64,000 nucleotides of DNA from Lysobacterales bacterium (lineage in GTDB: Bacteria; Pseudomonadota; Gammaproteobacteria; Xanthomonadales; SZUA-38): the NCBI GenBank assembly GCA_045106555.1, contig JBGCET010000014.1:193997-257996 (forward strand), in the 5' to 3' direction. A program made the position numbers and the translations under genes. Below the pieces are notes generated by a model. That model did not search any database. It was given only the letters and a program-made list of their open reading frames with translations, and was not told the DNA's origin. The first letter of the stretch is position 1, and the number at the start of each line of letters is the position of its first letter. Positions 1 through 9,511 of the stretch are shown one piece after another.

Positions 1-2317
1 CATCCGGGTGTTGTCGGTGGGTGATCAGTCGGAACTGCAGGTGGCCGCCGCGGTGCGGGAATACATTGAACGGCGACTGCCCACGTTGCCTTCTGGAATT
101 TCGGTGGATTACTGGGCAGATTTGTCGCCGTACCTGGAAGGTCGTCTGACCATGATGATCAAAAACCTGCTGGGAGGCGCGCTGCTGGTGTTTGCGGTGC
201 TGGCACTGTTCCTGCGGTTCAAGCTGGCATTTTGGGTCATGGTCGGACTCCCCATCGCGTTTATGGGGGCCTTTTTTGTGATGCCCTCGCTGGGCACCAC
301 CGTCAATATGATCAGTCTATTCGGATTTATCCTGGTCCTTGGCATTGTGGTGGATGACGCCATAGTGATTGGTGAAAGTGCCTATACGTCAATCCGGAGT
401 AACGGTCACAGCGAAGAGGCGGTGGTGCAGGGCGTATTAAAAGTAGCGGTGCCCGCCACCTTTGGGGTGTTGACCACCATGGCGGCGTTTATGCCGATAC
501 TCACCATTGAGGGCGCATTTCGACCGTTCTTTTCGTCCATGGGCTGGGTGGTGGTGCTGTGTCTGGCCTTTTCGCTGGTGGAATCCAAACTGATCCTACC
601 GGCGCACCTGGTGCATATGAAAATTTCGCCCCCTGTCGAACCTACGGGCAAACCCTCCATTCGGCAGCGAATTTTGCAATTTCAGCGGCGCTTTAGTGAC
701 GGGCTGAAAGAGTTTGTAACGCGGCGATATTTGCCCTTGCTCGAAAAAGCCTTAAAGGGCCGGTACACCACTTTAGCCCTGTTCCTTGCCGCCTTGATCT
801 TGTCTGTGGGACTGTTGAGCAGTGGTCTGGTGCGTACCGTCGGCATGCCCGATACACCCGGAGATTTTATCCAGGCCGACGTGGTCATGAGTGAAGGTAC
901 TTCTCAGGAGCGTGTGCATGAAGTGGTGGATTACATCACCCGGGAACTGACCATCGCCGAGCGGGCGTTAGCCAAAGAGACGGGGCTTGAGCCCGATGGC
1001 ATTGTAGGCACGGCCTTTGCGTTCACTGGCACGAAACTCAGCGGAACGCTCATCGTTGAACTGAAAAAAGACCTTCCCACCGGTTCACTGGTCAATGAGC
1101 TGACGGAGGGCTGGAGAGAGCGAGTAGGGACGATTCCCGGAGCTCGACAGGTTAGTTTCAACAGTGGCGGAGGGCCGCCAGTAGGCGCTGACCTTTCTTA
1201 CCAGTTAGTGGGCCCTGACCCAGTGCGATTGTCACAGGCGGCAGCGGAGCTTGAGGTCAAGATTGCCAGTTACGCCGGCACCTTTGATGTGCGCAACGGG
1301 TTCGAGTCGGGGGCGCGGGAGATACAGCTTGCGCTGACGCCGGAAGCCCAGGCTCTGGGATTAACGTTGCAAGACTTGGCCAGGCAAGTTCGGCAGGGCT
1401 TTTATGGTGAGGAAGTACAACGCATCCAGCGCGGCCAGGACGAAATTCGTGTGATGTTGAGGTACCCGGTCCAACAGCGCGATTCGGTGGGTTACCTGGA
1501 ACAAATGCGGGTGCGGACCAGCAATGGCGATTCGGTGCCGTTTACGACGGTCGCCCAGGCTACCTTGTCTCGGGGTCCGGTGAGAATTAGTCGTTTTGGT
1601 CGTCAACAAACGGTCAGCGTTACCGGAGAAATTGACGAGGGACTGGCCGAGCCAGGCCCGATTAAGGCAGAACTCACCGATGAGTATTTACCCGATCTGC
1701 TGGCGCGCTATCCGGGTGTCCAGGTTGTTGTGTCGGGTATCTCAAAGGAGATTCAGCGACTGGGTAGCAGCCTGTTTAAGGGCTTTGTGCTGGCGCTGTT
1801 CTTGATTTACGCCCTGATGGCGATCCCCCTCAAGTCCTATAGCCAGCCGATGCTGATAATGTCGGTGATTCCGTTTGGCATGATTGGCGCGGTGATTGGT
1901 CATTGGATTGTCGGCCTATCGCTGAGCTTCGTGTCCGCCTTCGGCATTGTGGCGCTGGCCGGTGTGGTGGTGAACGACAGTTTGATTCTGGTGGACTATA
2001 TCAACCGTTGTCGGCGCGAAGGCATGCCACTGCAAGACGCCATCATGGCAGCGGGGGAGCGTCGTTTCAGACCGATATTACTCACCTCGCTGACAACGTT
2101 CCTTGGCCTTGCGCCTATCGTATTTTTTGAGCGGAGTGTGCAGGCCACCTTCCTGATCCCAATGGCAACCTCATTGGCCTTTGGCATTGTCTTTGCGACG
2201 GTGATTACGCTGTTTTTGATTCCGATTCTCTGTCACATTCTGGAAGACATAAAATCGATCAAGTTCGGAAAATCAAAACCCGACCCGCAGGCCGGGATAC
2301 CCATCGTCAGCGAGTGA
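1..2317 (+). CDS. RND (AcrB/AcrD/AcrF-type) efflux permease, C-terminal ~770 aa; the 5' end lies upstream of the window
   Basis: ORF 8..2317 is open to the window edge. It contains conserved RND strings (GIVVDDAIVIGE, GVVVNDSLILVDY, RPILLTSLTTFLGLAP). Multi-TM blocks alternate with large loop regions. Confidence 0.85.
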   Translation, partial: IRVLSVGDQSELQVAAAVREYIERRLPTLPSGISVDYWADLSPYLEGRLTMMIKNLLGGALLVFAVLALFLRFKLAFWVMVGLPIAFMGAFFVMPSLGTTVNMISLFGFILVLGIVVDDAIVIGESAYTSIRSNGHSEEAVVQGVLKVAVPATFGVLTTMAAFMPILTIEGAFRPFFSSMGWVVVLCLAFSLVESKLILPAHLVHMKISPPVEPTGKPSIRQRILQFQRRFSDGLKEFVTRRYLPLLEKALKGRYTTLALFLAALILSVGLLSSGLVRTVGMPDTPGDFIQADVVMSEGTSQERVHEVVDYITRELTIAERALAKETGLEPDGIVGTAFAFTGTKLSGTLIVELKKDLPTGSLVNELTEGWRERVGTIPGARQVSFNSGGGPPVGADLSYQLVGPDPVRLSQAAAELEVKIASYAGTFDVRNGFESGAREIQLALTPEAQALGLTLQDLARQVRQGFYGEEVQRIQRGQDEIRVMLRYPVQQRDSVGYLEQMRVRTSNGDSVPFTTVAQATLSRGPVRISRFGRQQTVSVTGEIDEGLAEPGPIKAELTDEYLPDLLARYPGVQVVVSGISKEIQRLGSSLFKGFVLALFLIYALMAIPLKSYSQPMLIMSVIPFGMIGAVIGHWIVGLSLSFVSAFGIVALAGVVVNDSLILVDYINRCRREGMPLQDAIMAAGERRFRPILLTSLTTFLGLAPIVFFERSVQATFLIPMATSLAFGIVFATVITLFLIPILCHILEDIKSIKFGKSKPDPQAGIPIVSE

Positions 2318-2320
2318 CAG

Positions 2321-3337
2321 TTATGCGGGGTCTGCCACTTTCAACAGTTGTTTACCCTGATTGGCGCCGGTGAAAATTCGCTGAAGTGTTGCGGGTGCGT
2401 TTTCCAACCCTTCCTGCATATCGATGCGGAACTTCATTTCACCGCTGGCCAGCCATTGTGAGAGCTCTTTCAATGCCACTCCGTATTGGGTGGCATAGTC
2501 CAGTACGATAAATCCCTGCATTCGGCCGCGCTGTACGATGAGATTGGAGTAGTTTTTCAGCACGGCGGCTGCAGGGTCGTTGTAGCCGGCAATGGCGCCG
2601 CAGAGCACCACTCGACCATTTTGCGCCAAGCGACCTAACGCGGCGTCCAGGGTTTGGCCGCCCACGTTGTCGAAGTACACGTCAATACCTTTGGGAAAGT
2701 GATGGCGGATGGCCTTTGGCAACGATTCCGACTTGTAGTCGATGACGGCGCTGAGTCCCGCCTCATCCCGCAACCAGGCGCATTTTTCTTCACCGCCGGC
2801 AATGCCTACAACATGGCAGCCTTTGATTCGAGCTATCTGGCTGACCACTGATCCCGTCGCGCCAGCGGCGCCCGAAACCAGCACAGTATCGCCTTCCTTC
2901 AACGCGCCAACATCCAGCAACCCAAAGTAGGCGGTCATGCCGGTCATACCCAGCACGCTTAAGGTCAGCATAGGGTCAACGCCGGGTGGAATCTTGCGCG
3001 GCGGCAACATGCCGCCACCATCGCTGACCGCGTATTCCTGCCAGCCAAAGCCGCCGTTGAGCATGTCACCCTCGGAAAAGCCTGGATGGTTGGATTTCAC
3101 CACCTGGGCCACCGAGCCACAGCGCATCACCTCGCCAATTTGAATGGCCGGCAGATAACTGTCTTGTTCGTTCATCCAGATGCGCTGAGAAGGGTCAAAC
3201 GACAGGTAGATATTGCGAACCAGGAATTCGCCTTCGCCGGGCTGAGGAACGGGGGTTTCCTGCCAGCTGAAATTATCCTCCGATACCATGCCCTCGGGCC
3301 TTGAAGACATAATCCACTGTCGATTTGTTTCACTCAT
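2321..3337 (-). CDS. NADP-dependent oxidoreductase, medium-chain dehydrogenase/reductase family (YncB/CurA-like alkenal/one reductase)
   Basis: 338-aa ORF. The N-terminal region GEGEFLVRNIYLSFDP and the Rossmann string VSGAAGATGSVVSQIAR are typical of this family. Confidence 0.85.
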   Translation of the reverse strand: MSETNRQWIMSSRPEGMVSEDNFSWQETPVPQPGEGEFLVRNIYLSFDPSQRIWMNEQDSYLPAIQIGEVMRCGSVAQVVKSNHPGFSEGDMLNGGFGWQEYAVSDGGGMLPPRKIPPGVDPMLTLSVLGMTGMTAYFGLLDVGALKEGDTVLVSGAAGATGSVVSQIARIKGCHVVGIAGGEEKCAWLRDEAGLSAVIDYKSESLPKAIRHHFPKGIDVYFDNVGGQTLDAALGRLAQNGRVVLCGAIAGYNDPAAAVLKNYSNLIVQRGRMQGFIVLDYATQYGVALKELSQWLASGEMKFRIDMQEGLENAPATLQRIFTGANQGKQLLKVADPA

Positions 3338-3369
3338 TGGGGGTCACCAGTCAAAATTTGAACCCGATA

Positions 3370-4269
3370 TCATACGCGGTTCAGCGGTATCTCGGGTGCT
3401 GATGGTATGTGTTGGGTTGACCAGTGGCCTGGCGCCCATTGCCAGAATCTTTCTACGGTACTCAGTGCGCTGACAGGCGGGTCCATCTGACCCAGAAAGC
3501 GCCAGGCCCGGAGCAGTGCCGGTAGTGGCTGCTGGGGGTCAATGGGGTCAGCGCCGGTTTGTTTACTCAGTTTGTCGCCCAAATGGTTGACTGCAACCGG
3601 GATGTGCAAATAATCGGGAGTGGGGTATCCCAGCAAACGCTGCAAGAAAATTTGTCGCGGGGTAGAGTCCAACAAATCCTGGCCTCGAACGACTTCTGTG
3701 ATCGCCTGATAGTGGTCGTCAACCACCACCGCTAACTGATAGGCCGGTTGTCCATCAGCGCGCCATAAAATGAACGCGCCGGCCTCGGTGACCAGGTCCT
3801 GGCGGCCGTCCCCCTGTACCCCGTCGTGAAAGCGTACCTGGCCCGACACCCGTATTCGCCAAGTGCGAGGCACTCTTGCTGGCGGTAGTCCGCCGCTGCA
3901 GGTGTTTGGGTAGGTTTTGCCATGGCCCAAGTGGCGGCGGCTGCAGCCGCAATGAAACACATGGCCGCTAGCTTTTAATCGCTCCAACGCCCGTTGGTAG
4001 GCTGCGATACGATTGCTTTGGTAAAGCGCAGGCTGATCGACTTCAAATCCAAACTTTTTCAAGTCTTCTTCGATGGCCTGGGCTGCACCTGGCCTTTCCC
4101 GCGGCGGATCAATATCCTCCATCCTCAGCAACCAGCGCCCGTGCTGGGCACGAGCCTGGGCATAGCTGGCGACAGCGGCAATCAGTGAGCCCATATGTAG
4201 GCGACCGGTAGGGGAGGGCGCAAACCTTCCCACATAGGCTGGTGTTTCAGGCGCGTTCACGACGCTCAC
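3370..4269 (-). CDS. gluQ: glutamyl-Q tRNA(Asp) synthetase (GluQRS/YadB)
   Basis: ORF 3370..4320 carries GRFAPSPTGRLHMGS (HIGH-type) and DKLSKQTG (KMSKS-type) class I aaRS motifs. It is about 300 aa with no anticodon-binding domain. The longest ORF overlaps the cysZ 3' end, so an in-frame GTG at 4269 (or 4260), just upstream of the conserved core, is the likelier start. Confidence 0.85.
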   Translation of the reverse strand: MSVVNAPETPAYVGRFAPSPTGRLHMGSLIAAVASYAQARAQHGRWLLRMEDIDPPRERPGAAQAIEEDLKKFGFEVDQPALYQSNRIAAYQRALERLKASGHVFHCGCSRRHLGHGKTYPNTCSGGLPPARVPRTWRIRVSGQVRFHDGVQGDGRQDLVTEAGAFILWRADGQPAYQLAVVVDDHYQAITEVVRGQDLLDSTPRQIFLQRLLGYPTPDYLHIPVAVNHLGDKLSKQTGADPIDPQQPLPALLRAWRFLGQMDPPVSALSTVERFWQWAPGHWSTQHIPSAPEIPLNRV

Positions 4270-4987
4270 AAAACACCCATAATTCGGTAGCACCACAAAC
4301 CGCTGCCGGCATGACGGCAAAATTAATCACAGGAACCATGGTCATCAGCGTCAGCGTGGCACCAAACCCCAGTGCATACCATCGATGGTCTTTAATCCAC
4401 CGGTGTTTGCCACTGAAACCCAGACCGGCATTGCCCAGCGGGTAATCCAGATATTCGAACGCAAAAATCCAGACCCCGACCATGAGCCAAACGAAAGGCG
4501 CCAGCAGGGTTGTCGGCGGAAACACCCAGCAGGCCAGCGCAAGCAGCGCCAGCAGCGCAAAATAAAGCCACTTGCGCAGTTCATTAAATCCCGCCTTCAG
4601 GACTTGCCCAGCCCAGGCAGCAGATCGTTCCGACTCCACTATTGGGTGTTCCAGCTTGTCAGCAACCCGTTCCGCGAGTCGGTCGTTAAATGGTGAGGCG
4701 AACAGATTTGCCACCAGAGTAAAGGTGAAAAATACCACCACCAAAATGACCAGCGCCATGATCGGTACCGCAACCCACCACAACCAGCCCAGCGACTGAG
4801 GCAGCAACGATTCTAACCAGCCGCCAAAGGCGCTTAATGAATAGCTGACCGCAGCGCCAAAGACCATCAGGTTGACCAGCAGTGGTACGACAATAAACCG
4901 GCGCAGCCCTGGTCTGGCGAGCCATCGGAACCCGCTCAGGGCAAAACCGGCACCGGAAAAGCATTGTCCTATGATCCGCGATATCAT
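4247..4987 (-). CDS. cysZ: sulfate transporter CysZ
   Basis: 246-aa ORF. The N-terminus (FSGAGFALSGFRWLARPGLRRFIVVPLLVNL) and the 4-TM layout match my recollection of the CysZ/EI24 family. Confidence 0.8.
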   Translation of the reverse strand: MISRIIGQCFSGAGFALSGFRWLARPGLRRFIVVPLLVNLMVFGAAVSYSLSAFGGWLESLLPQSLGWLWWVAVPIMALVILVVVFFTFTLVANLFASPFNDRLAERVADKLEHPIVESERSAAWAGQVLKAGFNELRKWLYFALLALLALACWVFPPTTLLAPFVWLMVGVWIFAFEYLDYPLGNAGLGFSGKHRWIKDHRWYALGFGATLTLMTMVPVINFAVMPAAVCGATELWVFCERRERA

Positions 4988-5044
4988 TACTTTGCTAAGA
5001 TTCTTTGCCTTAAGTGTCTGAAAATTATTGTTATTTTTGGATTG

Positions 5045-5078
5045 CCACTTGATTCAGGGGCCAACACCACCCAGATTA
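5045..5078 (+). promoter_or_regulatory. candidate sigma-32 (heat-shock) promoter upstream of htpX
   Basis: CTTGATT at 5048-5054 and CCCAGATT at 5070-5077 are about 16 nt apart. They resemble the CTTGAA-N13-17-CCCCATNT consensus. htpX is a heat-shock gene in E. coli. Confidence 0.35.
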
Positions 5079-5151
5079 CGATAGGTAGTGAGGTTTTGTT
5101 CTGTGTTCGGTGGGTTGGGCCGGCATTTCGTTTAACTCTGTAGGAGCCATT

Positions 5152-6048
5152 ATGACCCGGATTGTGCTGTTTCTGGCGACCAATATGGCGGTGATTGCGT
5201 TGGCAACCATCGTGTTGAAACTGCTGGGCATTGAAGATGCCCTGGCCCGCAGCGGAAGCGGTATCAATCTGACCGGACTGCTGATTTTCTCAGCCATATT
5301 TGGAATGGCAGGATCTTTTGTGTCGCTGGCCATTTCAAAGTGGATGGCCTTGCGTAGCACGGGTGCTCACGTGATTAAGGAACCGGCCAACGACACCGAA
5401 GCCTGGCTGGTGGCCACGGTCAGACGTCAGGCGGAGCAGGCTGGCATTGGTATGCCTGATGTGGCGGTCTATGACGCGCCGGAAATGAACGCTTTTGCTA
5501 CCGGCATGAAACGCAATGATGCCTTGGTGGCCGTGAGTACGGGCCTTCTGAGCGCGATGAGCGCTGACGAGGTGGAGGCGGTTCTGGGCCATGAGGTGGC
5601 GCACGTTGCCAATGGCGATATGGTTACCATGGGCTTGCTTCAGGGTGTACTGAACACCTTTGTGATTTTCTTCGCCCGGATTATTGGCATGGTGGTGGAC
5701 CGGGTGATCTTTCGCAATGAGCGTGGCGGCGGGTTTGGCTACTTCATTGTGGTGATGGCGGCACAGGTAGCACTGGGCTTGCTGGCCAATATGATCGCAG
5801 CCTGGTTTTCCCGTAAACGGGAATTCCGTGCCGACCAAGGTGGGGCGGAGCTTGCCGGTCGGGACAAGATGATTTCAGCACTACAGCGATTAGGCCAAAC
5901 CTATGGCCATAGTTCGCTGCCAGACTCGGTTGAGGCTTTTGGCATTAGCGGTAAGAAGTCGGGTGGACTGCAGCGCCTGATGATGACCCACCCCCCTCTG
6001 GAAGAGCGTATCGCGGCCCTGGCTGCTGGCGCAGGCGGTCAGGTTTAA
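5152..6048 (+). CDS. htpX: zinc metalloprotease HtpX (M48 family)
   Basis: HEVAHV zinc motif and N-terminal TM helices. The ATG at 5152 is preceded by AGGAG at 5142-5146. The longer ORF start at 5110 is a GTG without an RBS. Confidence 0.9.
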   Translation: MTRIVLFLATNMAVIALATIVLKLLGIEDALARSGSGINLTGLLIFSAIFGMAGSFVSLAISKWMALRSTGAHVIKEPANDTEAWLVATVRRQAEQAGIGMPDVAVYDAPEMNAFATGMKRNDALVAVSTGLLSAMSADEVEAVLGHEVAHVANGDMVTMGLLQGVLNTFVIFFARIIGMVVDRVIFRNERGGGFGYFIVVMAAQVALGLLANMIAAWFSRKREFRADQGGAELAGRDKMISALQRLGQTYGHSSLPDSVEAFGISGKKSGGLQRLMMTHPPLEERIAALAAGAGGQV

Positions 6049-6061
6049 GGGACCAAACTCA

Positions 6062-6099
6062 GCCAGGGGCTGTTGCCTCCTGGCCTTGTGGTGTTTGTT
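6062..6099 (+). terminator. probable intrinsic terminator after htpX
   Basis: The GCCAGGGG/CCTCCTGGC stem (about 8 bp including one G-U pair) is followed by the U-rich tail CTTGTGGTGTTTGTT. Confidence 0.45.
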
Positions 6100-6137
6100 G
6101 ACGATGAAGTGATGTCGGGCTTAACACGCTAGCGGTA

Positions 6138-6335
6138 TCAGTCGTTTGAGTTGGGCGGCGTCGATTGCTCGGCCTCGGGTGGCTGGGGCTTCAGTCGACC
6201 GGCCTCCCGAAGCGCATCCCGCAACAGATACTCAATTTGGCCATTAACCGAGCGTAACTCATCATCAGCCCATTGCTGCACGGCGCCGAAAATCTCGTCG
6301 TTGATGCGCAGCGCGAAGGCCTTTTTGCGGCTCAT
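6138..6335 (-). CDS. Arc/MetJ-type ribbon-helix-helix DNA-binding protein
   Basis: 65-aa ORF. The pattern FALRINDEIFGAVQQWADDELRSVNGQIEYLLRDAL matches the Arc-family RHH pattern (xLRhxxEl...A....RSxNxEIxxxL). It lies directly downstream of the SPFH gene. Confidence 0.6.
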   Translation of the reverse strand: MSRKKAFALRINDEIFGAVQQWADDELRSVNGQIEYLLRDALREAGRLKPQPPEAEQSTPPNSND

Positions 6336-6376
6336 GATAGCGATTCACTGAACACGGACTGGATAGCAGTGCCTGA

Positions 6377-7243
6377 TCAGTAAAGGGTGCCGGTATTGAG
6401 CACGGGCTGCGCATTTTCGTCACTGCACAACACCACCAGCAGGTTGCTGACCATAGTGGCTTTACGCTCCTCATCCAGTTCCACAATCTGCTGCCGGCTC
6501 AGCTCACTCAAGGCTAGCTCCACCATGCCGACGGCGCCTTCAACGATTCGCTCCCGGGCAGCAATGATGGCAGATGCCTGTTGACGTCTGAGCATGGCGT
6601 TAGCAATTTCTGGGGCGTAGGCCAGGTGGCTGATGCGCGCCTCAATGACTTCAACTCCGGCTTTTTCCAGTCGGTCCTGAATTTCTTTACGCAGAGAATC
6701 TGAAATTTTACCCGGGTGACTGCGCAAGGAGGTCTCGCTTTCGTCGTCAGATTCGTAGGGATATGAGGTGGCCAGATTACGCAATGCTGCCTCGCTTTGA
6801 ATGTTGACGAACTCTTCAAAATCGTCCACTTCAAACACGGCCTCTGCAGTATCAATCACCCGCCAAACCACCACCGCGGCAATTTCAATGGGACTTCCTG
6901 ACGATTCATTCACCTTCAGCTTCCCACTTTCGAAATTGCGCACTTTTACCGAGATGGCTTTTTTGGAGTAAAACGGGTTGGCCCAGCGAAGGCCCGGGTT
7001 TCGCGCGGTTCCCACATAGCTTCCAAAAAGCTGCAGAACTTTTGCCTGGTTGGGCTGCACCATGAAGAATCCAAACCACAGGACGACAATAGGGATATTC
7101 AGAATAATGGCGCCGAAAACCAACGGACCTGCATCAGAATTTTTCGCCATCGCGAAAATAGCGGCACCGGCCAATTGCGCAACGGCCAACACCACCAGCA
7201 TTAGATACCCCGAGGGGACAGAGACGCTTTTTTCTACACTCAT
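6377..7243 (-). CDS. SPFH/Band 7 (stomatin-prohibitin-like) membrane protein
   Basis: 288-aa ORF with two N-terminal TM helices followed by an SPFH-like core ([31 protein letters not shown]...). Confidence 0.85.
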   Translation of the reverse strand: MSVEKSVSVPSGYLMLVVLAVAQLAGAAIFAMAKNSDAGPLVFGAIILNIPIVVLWFGFFMVQPNQAKVLQLFGSYVGTARNPGLRWANPFYSKKAISVKVRNFESGKLKVNESSGSPIEIAAVVVWRVIDTAEAVFEVDDFEEFVNIQSEAALRNLATSYPYESDDESETSLRSHPGKISDSLRKEIQDRLEKAGVEVIEARISHLAYAPEIANAMLRRQQASAIIAARERIVEGAVGMVELALSELSRQQIVELDEERKATMVSNLLVVLCSDENAQPVLNTGTLY

Positions 7244-7324
7244 AGTAATCTCCTTGTGATATCAGAATAATATCATGTTGGATTGACGTCATTTGAGTGC
7301 CGAAGGTCACTATGACGGCTAACC

Positions 7325-7351
7325 AAAAAAAACCCGGTCGTGAGACCGGGC
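7325..7351 (-). terminator. intrinsic terminator for the 7425..7796 gene
   Basis: On the minus strand, the GCCCGGTC-tcac-GACCGGG hairpin is followed by T8. Confidence 0.75.
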
Positions 7352-7424
7352 AAAAATGACGGATAGCTGAGGAGACGTGGAGGCGTCAGCGGCAGGGCGT
7401 GGCGGCCCAGCCGTTTCGATGCCC

Positions 7425-7796
7425 TCAAAACACCGGGGTAGAGGGTATCTGGGCGTTTCCGTCATGGGGGAAAAACGACAGTTGCTCAAGTTCAGCCGCT
7501 GCCACAGATGAAGATTGGGCGGTGCGCTGTGGGGCGCCGGTCGAGCGCAGGGTGCGCGCGGACGCCGGCGATACGAACTCGAAACAGCTGCCGTCGCTGA
7601 ACTGGAGTACCAGCAGGTGTTCCCGTCCGCCGTTGGAAGGCCGAGTAATGACACCGGAAACCGTCTTGCCGATAATGCTTTGACTGGCTTTGCGTGGCTT
7701 TCCAGGGGCCGAGACTGCGGCGCGAACCAACGACGGTCCAGGTTGGCGAGCTTCAGCCTGCTGGGCTGTTTCGATTTGTCGATTGGCGGCTTGCAT
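7425..7796 (-). CDS. hypothetical protein (123 aa), no domain recognised
   Basis: The ATG is preceded by AAGGAG at 6-nt spacing. A canonical terminator lies about 75 nt downstream of the stop. There is no recognisable family motif. Confidence 0.55.
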   Translation of the reverse strand: MQAANRQIETAQQAEARQPGPSLVRAAVSAPGKPRKASQSIIGKTVSGVITRPSNGGREHLLVLQFSDGSCFEFVSPASARTLRSTGAPQRTAQSSSVAAAELEQLSFFPHDGNAQIPSTPVF

Positions 7797-7826
7797 GGCG
7801 TTCTCCTTTAGCGCGAAGCTATTGGA

Positions 7827-8741
7827 TCACGTCGATTTCTCATTTCCTGAGAATGCTTCCGACACGGCAATTTGGCGTCCTTGGTTCAAAATCAGCACGT
7901 TTCCCAATAATACGAGAACCATTCCAGCAAACAGCCAGCCAGTGACCTTGAGCCCCTCAAAAATTACCGCCAAAACGGTAGCCACAACGGGAAACGCCAC
8001 CACGACGTAGCCGGCACGATTGGCCCCCAGCCGTCCGATCAGCGTGAGATACAGAACAAAACCCGCAATGCTGCCGCCCACAATCAAAAAGAGCATTGAC
8101 CCAACATATCCAGTTGAAAGATCAAAGGTGAATTCCCGACCCAGCGCCAAACACACCAGCAGATTGAATAGCGCGCCATAGGTCATGCCCCAGGCGTTTA
8201 CCTGGACAACGGGTAAATGGGTCAAAGCGTGCTGAGACAGCACGTTCCCAAACGACGCTGACAGGGCACCTAACGTCGCCATTGCGCCGCCGATCAGCAG
8301 CGTATGTGAGGTATCCAATGCACTAAGGGAGGGCCAGAACAAGATGCCGATGCCTAGCATTCCCAGCACTGCGCCGCCAAGCACCTCGGGGCTGGAGCGA
8401 ACTTTTAAGAAAATCCTGGCGTTGACAATGTTCATCCAGACAATGCAGGAATAAATGAGCGCATTGAGTGCCGAACTGATGTGTTCTTGCGCCGCATAAG
8501 CCATCAGGTAATTGATGCAGAACATCAACAGGCCAACCCCCGCGAACAGTCGGTGTTGAGCCAGGTTGTAGCGCAGTGGCCGAGAGGTCAGCACACAAAA
8601 CGTCAGTAGCAGAACGCTCGCTGCGCCATAACGGTAAAACACCGATACTTCCAGTGCGACTACACCCAGCTGGTAGCTGATGGCGAGCCAGGTGCTGCCC
8701 CAAATTAAGACCGACAACACGTATATGACGCGGGTGTTCAT
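7827..8741 (-). CDS. DMT superfamily (EamA-like) transporter
   Basis: 304-aa ORF with a 10-TM pattern made of two EamA-like repeats. Confidence 0.85.
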   Translation of the reverse strand: MNTRVIYVLSVLIWGSTWLAISYQLGVVALEVSVFYRYGAASVLLLTFCVLTSRPLRYNLAQHRLFAGVGLLMFCINYLMAYAAQEHISSALNALIYSCIVWMNIVNARIFLKVRSSPEVLGGAVLGMLGIGILFWPSLSALDTSHTLLIGGAMATLGALSASFGNVLSQHALTHLPVVQVNAWGMTYGALFNLLVCLALGREFTFDLSTGYVGSMLFLIVGGSIAGFVLYLTLIGRLGANRAGYVVVAFPVVATVLAVIFEGLKVTGWLFAGMVLVLLGNVLILNQGRQIAVSEAFSGNEKST

Positions 8742-9181
8742 CGAGCGTTGCCACTGACGCTAGTGATCACAGCAATGGTCCATGGCAGAGGAGCAGGGTG
8801 GCCTTGGGTGTTTGGCATTGCAGCGGGCAATCGTTGGCCAGCGCGATACCAATCTGCGTCTCAATCGGCTGGCCAGATAATGCCGTGTCGACCAGGAAAA
8901 ATACTGTCCGACGGCCACTGACCATAAACCGGCCAGAAATTGTGTTCTGGTTTGGCGCGCTGTTGGGCGGAGATTGCTCATGGGTTTGGCTCGGTCTTGA
9001 GTGCTGACCCAAAGCTTACTCTGGATCCCCGATAGATACAGATACAAAAAAACTTAAAACCACCCTGTACAGTTCTGCGAGGTATCCGTCTGCGCCCCCC
9101 AGTCGCCCGCTGATCCGGCAACAGTGCGCAGCCGCTCGGGCTTTTGGTAGGTTATCGCTTAGACGACAATTGGACGCTGGA

Positions 9182-9442
9182 ATGAAACCTCTGAATTTGC
9201 TCATTGCCTCGCTGGCGTTGGCTCCACTGACCGGGTTCGCCCATGACGCGGACCCGCTGGATAAGAACGGCTGTCATGAAGACACGCGCTTTAATAAATA
9301 TCATTGTCACTCAGGCGTGCTTGAAGGACGCAGTTTTGACAATGCTGATGAGATTGCCAAAGCGCTGATAAAAGAAGCTATTCGGCCGAAAAACCAATCC
9401 TCCGCTGGTCAAACCGAAGACTTGGACGTCGACCCAAGCTAA
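9182..9442 (+). CDS. YHYH-motif exported small protein
   Basis: Signal peptide MKPLNLLIASLALAPLTGFA, followed by the NGCHEDTRFNKYHCHSG motif typical of YHYH-domain proteins. Confidence 0.65.
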   Translation: MKPLNLLIASLALAPLTGFAHDADPLDKNGCHEDTRFNKYHCHSGVLEGRSFDNADEIAKALIKEAIRPKNQSSAGQTEDLDVDPS

Positions 9443-9511
9443 CGTCTTTGCCGCTGTCCAGGCGGCAAAAACCTATCAGGCTTGCCGCCGTGGGTAATGG
9501 CTCACTGTTCC

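Noticed and set aside
8760-9047. ORF in the 440-bp gap between the EamA and YHYH genes. Its internal start at 8981 would give a 73-aa basic protein ending in a Cys/His-rich tail (CSSAMDHCCDH).
   Set aside because: There is no Shine-Dalgarno sequence at either start and no recognisable family. The composition resembles a non-coding frame. It is left unannotated, although the gap itself remains unexplained.
9447-9469. Hairpin TTTGCCGC-N7-GCGGCAAA between the convergent YHYH and NSS genes, considered as a terminator.
   Set aside because: The T run precedes the stem and the A run follows it on both strands, so no U-tract trails the hairpin in either transcript. This is not a canonical intrinsic terminator.
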